A DNA stretch of 54,064 nucleotides, counting the filler, from Bilabrum cf. latius (Eukaryota): assembly GCA_965178125.1 (NCBI GenBank). It is 2 parts of 2 records of this genome, joined end to end, with 100 filler letters (N's around TTAATTAATTAA, not from the genome) between each part and the next. Parts side by side here need not be neighbours in the genome. Positions count along the whole stretch, not along the records: positions 1 to 27,068 come from CBCXTV010000029.1; 1 more part is not named here. The stretch is one strand, 5' to 3'. Position 1 is the stretch's first letter. The number at the start of each line of letters is the position of its first letter. This document shows, in pieces, positions 1 to 9,758 of this stretch. The notes below the pieces were generated by a model. That model ran no database searches. It was not told the DNA's origin and worked only from the letters and a program-made list of their open reading frames with translations. The translations under genes were made by a program, and so were the position numbers.

Positions 1-1492
1 GTCCCAAAGATACGGATCCATTTTGCCGTCTTCCCGCGCATACTGCATCGCTCTGCAAAACTGCATTGCGCAGTGGATCCCCGAGCGTCGACTGCCAATA
101 GCAGGCGGCCTCGCAAGGCCTTCATGGACGCAGGATTTGGGCTTCTTCATCGTAAATTTGGGGTCTGCTCAGCGCGCGAAAATTCCAACGCTTCAAAATG
201 ATCCGGACGTCGCGAGAAGGGAACTCGTTGCTTGCTCACCTGTGCGGAGGGGTTGGATGCCCGATGTGCTAAAGAGAGGATACTGTCCGTCGGCGTTCTC
301 TCTTCACCTTGTGCGGAAGGGTTGGGTGCCTGATTTCAGACAGAGAAGGTCTCGTCCGTTGGGAGCGCTTAGGAATACTTCCGGATGGGGCGTCCAGACG
401 CGGTCCAGGACCTCCAGCTCGTCGGGGTCAATGTCGCCCGCGCCGTCCGTGCCTTTGACGCCCTCTGGATCGATGATGCCCACGATCTTTGTCATCTCGG
501 ACGACACACGTCCCAGCTGCTCTTTGGTAGTGCATTACCTCATTGACCCCGAAGCGTTGAATATTTAATGAAGACCCTTCGGAAGCTGGCGAAGTTTGTC
601 AGCTTGTCGGAGCGCAGCCTGGGTCCTTGTCAACAAACATGGAGGGTTTCGGGGCGGATTTCCAGCGTTCCGCCTTGATATCGAGTGCACCTCGAGGTCG
701 GGATCGAAGCGGGGCGGGCGGTTCGTCATCCTCTGTGATACGCTTAGGAGGCGCCGACTTGATGCCCACCTTGTCCCCCAATCACTCCAGACGTAACTGG
801 GGAACTCTTCCCGTCGTGGGCCGGGTACGCCTCCGAATCCCACGCGAGCCGTTCCCCACGGCGCACCGATAAGCGCCGCTGCAAGCGTACCAAGAGGGGC
901 GTACCAAGAGGTGCTTCCTTCGCTCGGCAGTGTGGCACTTCAAGCAGTAGAATGTGCCACTCCCAGCACGTAGGTGGAGTTTGCGAGCTGCCGGCCGACA
1001 TGCTCGTGTGGTGACCTCCGGCGCACCGATAAGTGCCGCTGCAAGCGCACCAATACTACTTCGCTTGGGAGCGTGGCACTTTAAGCAATGCAGTGCGCCG
1101 GTTTTCGTGCACGCCCAGTCGCGCGGACGCCGCAGGTGGCTTGGCCGTAGGATAGAATTAGTGGCGGGTCGGTTTTGCATGTCTTCCCTCTCCTCTTGAT
1201 ATGGTACACAAAGGCAAGAGCCTGACGATGCAGACGGAACTCCTGGATTTCACCGCCACATTCCTAGTCAAGACAGCCCTCGACTAAACAGACGCCGAGT
1301 TATCTTGAGCAGCATCCCACGACGCAGTGATGTGGACGGCAAGGGTGATGCCATGCTTTCCGGGCCTCCCATGTGACCGCTTTTTGCGTACCGAAACACT
1401 TTCCGGGGTCGACGCCCCGGCGGAACACGCCGGCGCGGCGGCAAGCGTCGATGTTGCGGGCGGCCCAGCCATGAGGTACATGATCAAGTACA

Positions 1493-3311
1493 CGGAAAGC
1501 ACGCAGAGCGTCGTCAATCCGTTCGTGAGCCGCGAGTTCCAAAAGGTCTTCGAGACATCCGCCCGGAAAGCACGCAGAGCATCGTCAATCCGTTCGTGAG
1601 CCGCGAGTTCCAGAAGGTCTTCGAGCACATCCCCCCGGAAAGCACGCAGAGCATCGTCAATCCGTTCGTGAGCCGCGAATTCCAAAAGGTCTTCGAGCAC
1701 ATCCCCCGGATGATGTCGAGCATGCGGACGCCCTGCTCCGGATGATGTCGGCCATGCGGACGCTCTTCCCAGACCTTGCGCGGCAGCGGGACGAAAATGG
1801 AGCTCTCCCTGCACCGCAAGCACGCCGGAAACCTGGTGCACTTCCACGTGTGCATGACGGACTCCGAGAGGTCGCATCGTTGTCGCGTGGCGGAGGATTT
1901 CATTTGGGCCGGCAGCAGGCCGAATGTCGTGTACGGCTTTAAGGTACCGAACCGGAGCTCCCGGCAGCAGCGCAGGCGGCATGCTTGGGGCGGCACGTGG
2001 ATCTTCGACGACGCCATTACGCTCAGCGATTGCGGGTCGAGGGTGCAGATCGACGCGCCGCAGTCGAAGGTCTTGGCGATGGTAATGCCCCGGAAGTCGG
2101 GCCAGTGGATTCCTCATAGGCTGCGCTCGCGTACGATCTGGTATTTGGGTGGGGAGCAGTCGGCCGTGATCACCAACCTCAAGTGCCAGGCCTGCCCCGG
2201 AAGTCGGGCCAGGGCATTCTCCGAGTCTCTTTGCCGATGATGTCTGAGGAGAAACCGTCCGAGAGCATTGCTGTTTCCTTGGGAGACGGCCGCAATCTTC
2301 GTGGGCGTCAAGGCGCCGGTAATATGGGAAACGAGGGCGGCATGTTGGCGCGCGAGGTCGACGCCCCGGCGGAGGGGGGGGGCCGTACGTGCCGTGACAG
2401 GTACGGAAAGCACGCAGAGCGTCGTCAATCCGTTCGTGAGCCGCGAGTTCCAAAAGGTCTTCGAGACATCCGCCCGGAAAGCACGCAGAGCATCGTCAAT
2501 CCGTTCGTGAGCCGCGAGTTCCAGAAGGTCTTCGAGCACATCCCCCCGGAAAGCACGCAGAGCATCGTCAATCCGTTCGTGAGCCGCGAATTCCAAAAGG
2601 TCTTCGAGCACATCCCCCGGATGATGTCGAGCATGCGGACGCCCTGCTCCGGATGATGTCGGCCATGCGGACGCTCTTCCCAGACCTTGCGCGGCAGCGG
2701 GACGAAAATGGAGCTCTCCCTGCACCGCAAGCACGCCGGAAACCTGGTGCACTTCCACGTGTGCATGACGGACTCCGAGAGGTCGCATCGTTGTCGCGTG
2801 GCGGAGGATTTCATTTGGGCCGGCAGCAGGCCGAATGTCGTGTACGGCTTTAAGGTACCGAACCGGAGCTCCCGGCAGCAGCGCAGGCGGCATGCTTGGG
2901 GCGGCACGTGGATCTTCGACGACGCCATTACGCTCAGCGATTGCGGGTCGAGGGTGCAGATCGACGCGCCGCAGTCGAAGGTCTTGGCGATGGTAATGCC
3001 CCGGAAGTCGGGCCAGTGGATTCCTCATAGGCTGCGCTCGCGTACGATCTGGTATTTGGGTGGGGAGCAGTCGGCCGTGATCACCAACCTCAAGTGCCAG
3101 GCCTGCCCCGGAAGTCGGGCCAGGGCATTCTCCGAGTCTCTTTGCCGATGATGTCTGAGGAGAAACCGTCCGAGAGCATTGCTGTTTCCTTGGGAGACGG
3201 CCGCAATCTTCGTGGGCGTCAAGGCGCCGGTAATATGGGAAACGAGGGCGGCATGTTGGCGCGCGAGGTCGACGCCCCGGCGGAGGGGGGGGGCCGTACG
3301 TGCCGTGACAG
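1493..3311 (+). repeat. 911-bp tandem duplication; each copy starts with three 71-72-bp subrepeats
   Basis: Identical ORFs recur at an offset of 911 (1514/2425, 1776/2687). The subrepeat CGGAAAGCACGCAGAGC...GGTCTTCGAG starts at 1493, 1564 and 1636. Confidence 0.9.
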
Positions 3312-3566
3312 GTCGCGCCGGAGCCGGCGGAGGAGGCGACATGGACTTGCAACGCGTGCCAGGGCCTAAGCCCCGGTCAGAGTACTTCAAGAAGTGGAAG
3401 GACTGGATCCAACCAGTTTGCCGGGTGTGTTACGACAAGTTCGACAGCGCGACGCCGTGGTGGGTGAGGTGCAAGAACTGCAAAAACGAGTTTCCGGCGT
3501 ACCGATTTCCCCAGATCCGCCGGAAGAGGGACGGGCCTCGATCTCGGAAAGGGCGGGAGTCCGTTC

Positions 3567-4889
3567 TTGCATTCGGAATGGGCGGGGAGTTGCTTTTCCT
3601 GGGAGCATGTGCGAGATTCCTTCTCCGCGGGTCCTCTTTCGGCTTCGGCAGTCAGCAGCGCACTCTGCGGGAACGGCATTCTCCGAGTCTCTTTGCCGAT
3701 GATGTCTGAGGAGAAACCGTCCGAAAGCATTGCTGTTTCCTTGGGAGACGGCCGCAATCTTCGTGGGCGTCGAGGCGCCGGTGATATGGGAAACGAGGGC
3801 GGCATGTTGGCGCGCGAGGTCGACGCCCCGGCGGAGCACGCCGGCGCGGCGGCAAGCGTCGATGATTCGGGCGGCCCCCACATCGAGAGCGGCGGCGCGG
3901 AGGCGGCGTCCACGGGGATGCTCGGAGAGGAGAGCGGCAAGGCAGCGCCGAAGGAGGACGCCGAAGACGACGGCGGCAAGAAGACGGAGGAGGAGGATGC
4001 TCGCGGCGGTGGACGTGCTGTGGTGCCCGGAGGTAATGACGACGTATGGACCGACGCAGCAGCTTGGAAGGCGGGTGGCGGCGTGGCAGCCGGGGCGGTC
4101 TCTGGCGCTGATAGCTGGGCTCTATGGGGGACCCCTGCGAAGTCGTCATGGGGGGAGACGTACGTGCCGCGGCAGGTCGCGTCGGAGCCGGCGGAGGAGG
4201 CGACATGGACTTGCAACGCGTGCCAGTGCTGCAAGCCCCGGTCGGCGTACTTCAAGAAGTGGAAGGACTGGATCCAACCAGTTTGCCGGGTGTGTTGCGA
4301 CAAGTTCGACAACGCGACGCCGTGGTGGGTGTGGTGCAAGAACTGCAAAAACGAGTATCCGGCGTACCGATTTCCCCAGATCCGCCGGAAGAAGGAGAAC
4401 TTGCGCTATTTCTTCCCTGAGGACTGGTGCGCGAAGTGCCTGGTTGCGCGTGGCTGGAGTCTCCATGATGTCCGTTCCTCTGCGGGTGAAGCGAAGCGTT
4501 GGGTGCCAAAAGCTGGCGCGAATACCGGTGACGGCGACAACGACGCTCGTGCTCCCGCACGCGACGAGCTTCCTGCAGGAGGCGCCGCCTCCTGCAGCAA
4601 CGCCGTGCGTCAGAGTTCTTCGCGTGACGAGGCCTTGGATGACATCAACCGGGCCATGGAGCTTCTCCGGAATGCGGAGAAATTCATCTCCGCGATGCCA
4701 TCGTGCATGCAGTGTGCGGTGCAGGACCAGTTGATGCAGGGCATCGTCAAAGACCAGGCCCTCTTGGATATCTTCTCCGGCAAGATAACGGACTGGATCA
4801 AATACCATCCGGCCACTCTTGGGGCGATCCAATCCTATCGAAACGCATGGCTGTGGGCCGACGGAATGGCTCATGGTTGTCGAGGATGA
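3567..4889 (+). CDS. Chimeric ORF: zinc-ribbon protein copy fused in frame to pieces of two other element-A genes
   Basis: Near-identical to 19229-20521 up to RAMELL, then CMQCAVQDQLMQG (cf. CTQCAVEDQLMQG in ORF 24276) and IVKDQALLDIFSGKITDW (cf. GT ORF). Confidence 0.5.
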   Translation: MHSEWAGSCFSWEHVRDSFSAGPLSASAVSSALCGNGILRVSLPMMSEEKPSESIAVSLGDGRNLRGRRGAGDMGNEGGMLAREVDAPAEHAGAAASVDDSGGPHIESGGAEAASTGMLGEESGKAAPKEDAEDDGGKKTEEEDARGGGRAVVPGGNDDVWTDAAAWKAGGGVAAGAVSGADSWALWGTPAKSSWGETYVPRQVASEPAEEATWTCNACQCCKPRSAYFKKWKDWIQPVCRVCCDKFDNATPWWVWCKNCKNEYPAYRFPQIRRKKENLRYFFPEDWCAKCLVARGWSLHDVRSSAGEAKRWVPKAGANTGDGDNDARAPARDELPAGGAASCSNAVRQSSSRDEALDDINRAMELLRNAEKFISAMPSCMQCAVQDQLMQGIVKDQALLDIFSGKITDWIKYHPATLGAIQSYRNAWLWADGMAHGCRG

Positions 4890-5420
4890 TATCGAACCTC
4901 GCGAAGCATGCGTGGATCGGCTACTCGTAGTTCTTCACGCCATCGCGAAACCCCAAGGTGACGCAGATGGCCATGTTAGCGGGGTCAGAAGCACCGAGAA
5001 TGGTCAGCCTCCAGCGCGGAAACTCCACCTCCATGCACAACTGCGAGCGCCTCTTGGACGTGCGGACCTATCCGGCGCACTGGGTAGACAACACATTTGT
5101 GGTCCCCTACCACGTCGGCATGGGCCTAAAGTGGTATCTCATCAGCCCGGAGGGGAGGAAGGCGCTCCTGAAGATGCGGATCCCGAACCGAAGCTTCGAA
5201 CGCTGCGTCTGGCGCCGCCTCTTCGACACGTTCCACGCCGGCGAAACCTCGAGTTTTGGCATCAAGATCGTGTCGCGGCCAGGCTGTACGACGGCGGCAA
5301 GAAGACGGAGAAGGAGGATGCTCACGGTATCGCCCTGATCATCTGCACGACTTCGTGGGGCTCCATGACGTAACGGCGAGCGAGAACATTGACTGGTGGC
5401 GTGGCTGGAGGATCTCGGGA

Positions 5421-5725
5421 ACACACGGCGGGCGAGCCGTTTTTCAAAAGGAGCACGGGTCCTTCGGGACGCCATTTCACTTACGGCGGGCGAGCCGTTT
5501 TCCGAATGGTGCGGGGGTCCTACTGATGCACACGGCGATCGCTGGTTCACTCACGGCGGACACACGGCGGGCGAGCCGTTTTTCAAAAGGAGCACGGGTC
5601 CTTCGGGACGCCATTTCACTTACGGCGGGCGAGCCGTTTTCCGAATGGTGCGGGGGTCCTACTGATGCACACGGCGATCGCTGGTTCACTCACGGCGGGC
5701 GAGCCGTTTTCCGAATGGTGCGGAG
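5421..5725. repeat. 139-bp tandem repeat (~2.2 copies) with internal ACGGCGGGCGAGCCGTTTT subrepeats
   Basis: ACACACGGCGGGCGAGCCGTTTTTC starts at 5421 and 5560. Confidence 0.9.
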
Positions 5726-6045
5726 TCCTCCAGATGACCACGGTGATGGGTGGCAGCATGTCATAGGCGCGCCGTCGGAAGCTTCCCCTTCGAGTGCTGC
5801 CTAAAACTGAGAAACCTGGAGATCCTAGCATCGTATGGAGGCAAGAGGTAACACCTTGGGGTCCGTTCTCCGCTTCAATTCCTGTCCCAAATCCGATTCC
5901 CATTTCGAGACCGAAAAAGGTGACCCGGAAAACGACGGTACTTATTTCTGAACCGTTTTCCGGACGCTTTCCGGGCCTCCCATGTGACCGCTTTTTGCGT
6001 ACCGAAACACGTTCCGCGCGTGAGGAGCAGATGCGGGGATTTCGC

Positions 6046-6940
6046 CAAAAATGGCCGATCCGCACAAGGAATTTAAGTTGCGGCGACACAGCTCGGACCC
6101 CGGCTTTTTTTTGGCTGTTTCGGGGCCCCAAGAGGGCTCCCGGCCCCAAAAAGGGCAAAACGCGAGGTTGTGGTGGAAAAAATGGGCCCCAAGGAGCCCC
6201 CAAACGACGCAAAACGCCACGTTGTTGTGGATTTTAGAGCCCCTAAATCGCCCAAAAAAGACGCAAAACGCCACGTGGTGGTGGATTTTAGAGCCCCTAA
6301 ATCGCCAAAAAAGACGCAAAACGCCACGTTGTAGTGGATTTTAGAGCCCCTAAATCGCCCAAAAAAGACGCAAAACGCCACGTTGTGGTGTTTTTTTTGA
6401 GCGTTTTCGGGGGGCTCGGAAGGGGACCCCCCCAGGATTTGGCCAAAAATGGCCGATCCACACAAGGACTTTAAGTTGCGGCGACACAGTTCGGGCCCCG
6501 GTTTGTTTTTGCGGTTTGGGGGCCCCGAGAGGGCTCCCGGCCCCAAAAAGGGCAAAACGCGAGGTTGTGGTGGAAAAAATGGGCCCCAGGCAGCCCCCAA
6601 ACGACGCAAAACGCCACGTTGTGGTGGATTTTAGAGCCCCTAAATCGCCCAAAAAAGACGCAAAACGCCACGTGGTGGTGGATTTTAGAGCCCCTAAATC
6701 GCCCCAAAGAGACGCAAAACGCCACGTTGTAGTGGATTTTAAAGCCCCTAAACCGCCCTAAAAAGACGCAAAACGCCACGTTGTGGTGTTTTTTTTTGAG
6801 CGTTTTGGGGGGGCCCGGAAGGGGACCCCCCCAGATTTGGCCCAAAATGGCCGATCCACACAAGGAATTTAAGTTGCGGCGACACAGTTCGGGCCCCGGG
6901 GTTTGTTTTGCTGTTTGGGGGCCCCAAGAGGGCTCCCGGG
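6046..6940. repeat. Nested satellite: ~398-bp unit (~2.2 copies) containing ~54-bp subrepeats
   Basis: ATGGCCGATCC at 6051, 6449 and 6847. GACGCAAAACGCCACGT at 6206, 6260, 6313, 6367 and again in the second unit. Flanked by ~78-bp direct repeats at about 5865-5942 and 6958-7034. Confidence 0.9.
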
Positions 6941-9758
6941 AGGCCCTAGAGTGGCCCTTCTCCGCTTCAATTCCTGTCCCAAATCCGATTCCCATTTCGA
7001 GACCGAAAAAGGTGACCCGGAAAACGACGGTACTCTCCGTCACTCCATCTGGCGGCGAAAATTGCCTCAGTTTCCGGTCCCCGATTCCGGGCCCAAGGAC
7101 CCCCGAAATTCCCGATTCCGCGCAGTGCCGAAAGCTCGACATAAACCACAAACACGACACACAACACAACACGATAGCGCCTCCCCACGCGCGGGACTGG
7201 GTCCTTCCGCTCGCTGCATGTGAGCTGCAGTGTGTTCTTGCCGGGAATGTCACTGGAAGTCGCGCTGCAGTCTGCTCAGGGCGCCTTATGACCATGAAGG
7301 CGTCTCAGCACCCGCGACGGCAAGAGGGGGCACGCACGACGTTGCGAAGCACCCGCCCTGGGTGAAGAAACTGCGTATCCACAGGAGTCACGTTCAGTTG
7401 CGCGAGAATTGGAAAGGCGGGGTAACTGGTGCAGAGGAGCTTGTTCGCAGCGCGGCTTCCACCAGCGCCGCTGACGATAAGATGCATCGGTCTCGGTACA
7501 TGAGTCGGCACGGTGTTGCGTGATTGACTTCACGATGCGGGAGTGTGCAGCCTTCCGCAGCGGGAGAATTGTATCTCCCCACGACCGCCGAAAAAAAAAA
7601 AAGGCTATGCTGGACTCGTTCCAGGGAAGGCTATGCGATGAGTATCTCTAGGCGCTTTCCGGAAGACCCACCCACTACACGCTGGTCAGCCCTCCCAAGC
7701 GGGAGTGAACCGCGGAGCCGCGGGCCCGTGAGCGCTGCTGCTACGATCATTTCTGCCCGTTTGACTCTCGCCCACTCTTGCCGTGACCAAAGACGCGCAG
7801 ATCCTTATGACGCATGACACCTCGTCGAGGTGTCGAGACTGCCTCACATTCCCGTTACGGAGACCCACAGCACTGCGACAACGAAATCGGTCACGAAGAG
7901 AGCAAGAGGCCGCGCACCTGAGCATCACAAAAACCCCGAGAGACATAAACAACACCGTACCGTGAAGTCCCTGCGACGAGGGGATGCTAAGCGGCTCCCA
8001 CGGCGGCTCCTCTGCGGGAGAAGCTGCCGCAGACCTCGAGATGGGATGCACATGATTGCGAAGATTGCGGAACTCGTCCGAAGCCGGTCGCACGAGGGTC
8101 ACAGCGAATGGAGGCATATCTTTGAAATAGAGTCTGCGTGCAAAGCAGCATTCCAAACGATCGTCCGCATTCTTCCGAGCAAATCCTTGGGAGCACACAT
8201 CCTGCGGACGACATCTCTTTTCTATCCACCCCAGCGTACTCCCCGCGCACACTTCTCGCGAATGATTGAGAATTCTGTGCGGCACATGTAATATCAGGCT
8301 ACCATGATACGCGGAATGGCGTGCTATTGCTCGCACGTTCGTGCGCCCCCTTCCGAATGCGCTTACCACATCACTATGTTCGTCGGCAACCGTATACACC
8401 GTAGGGGTCTTCCCTCCGACACCAAGCGTACACGACTGGCCGTAATAGCGCAGCGTAGATGTTTCGGACGTCGCCCAGGACAAGTGTCGACGCCCGGTTC
8501 GTCACGATCACTACGTGTGCACTTCACTCACCGCCCTCCAGCCGCTAGACTTCTTTTGGAACGCGACATCCTACGACGCGCTATGACACGTAGCCGTAAA
8601 CCGCAGACGGCCTCGCGTTCACTGCTGGCAGCGCAAGTGCGTGAACAAGAACCGCCCGCGTGGCACACCTTCGCAGGCGCGGAAGACAAAAAGTTCCTTC
8701 TAAGCTTGTATTCGGGTCCGAAAGCCAAATTCCACTTCGGGGTCGAGAAGGGCGACCCGGGAAATCACCGTACGCTCTGTGAATCCATTTCCCGGGGAAA
8801 GTCCCCGAGTTCCCGCTACCCGGTCCCAGGCCCAGCGACCCAGGAAAGTTCCCGTCCCCCCGCATGCGGAAACCTCCCACGAAGCACGCCCACCTCACGC
8901 TTCACACGCAAAAGTCCAGGAGTCAAATCCATTCCGGACCCAGCAGTTCACCCCCCGTGACGATTGGGAAAGGCTCTTGCACACACCTTCTCGTCCGAGC
9001 AGTCTATGGAGCACACGCCTGTCTTCGTTGCCTTTTCCGGCCAAAAATGCAGGGAGTTCGAAGGGGAAGTAGCAAACGCGGAAGACCGCTTTCGAAACGC
9101 AGGTGCTCAGGGAAAAACAACCAGAGCGTCCCTGATCCTCGGCAGAGCCGTCCAGGAGGGACGGGCACGGACGGGCATCGCAGATCTTGCAGCGCCACCA
9201 TTCGCCGGGATGGGCGACCGGACGAGGGCGACCACAAGTACGTAGCGTGCGACGTCCGTCAGTCGCCATGTTGCGCTCATTCGCTTTCGCGGCACGACTT
9301 CCAGGGCCGGCCTTACTCACTCCTCGGAGTCCGCGTGTGGATTCTCCCCTGCGCACGATCTGCCGCTCTAGATGCTACACAAAGATCCCGCTCGGATGAC
9401 CCCCTCTGTGCATTCTGCAAGATTTTACGCGCCTCCATTCAATGCGCGAAGCATGCACCGCAGCAGTCTGAGTCCGGTGACCACCTTCAATAGCGTGGGA
9501 CAAATTCCGTCCGCGATGTGCATTCGGGCATGCTCCCCTTTCCGAGTCTCTGTGACCCGTAGTGCGTCCGCGGCCAACGACTCAGGACTCCACGATGGTA
9601 CGCACGAGTTGCATTCCTTGCACGAAGCGTGCGGAGAGAAAGCGATGCTCAGACATCGAGGCGCTTGGAGGGTCTGCACACGACATGCTTCGAGAGGCCA
9701 TGCAAACATGCGAAACCAGAACTGAGGTTCCTCATCGTTCCTGCTGTCGAGCGCTCAA

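Larger units (their letters stand above)
1355..5365 (+). pseudogene. Scrambled mosaic of fragments of element-A genes (Rep, GT, zinc-ribbon ORFs)
   Basis: Approximate segment matches further right: 1470-1745 to GT 11943-12075; 1794-1936 to Rep HUH region 16332-16476; 1942-2195 to 24655-24905; 3535-4690 to 19350-20500; 4743-5235 to GT 10133-10640; 5324-5365 to Rep 17138-17180. Confidence 0.85.

Noticed and set aside
782-1180. RanBP2-like zinc-finger gene (DWAC...CLKCHAPK, repeated CLKCH)
   Set aside because: Cys spacing is incomplete and the region is a short degenerate duplication; at best a relic.
1284-3352. 389-aa and 412-aa minus-strand ORFs
   Set aside because: They are antisense to the mosaic fragments in GC-rich sequence and show no protein motifs.
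6200-6800. CRISPR-like array
   Set aside because: The sequences between repeats are themselves repeated (no unique spacers) and no cas genes are present; it is a satellite.
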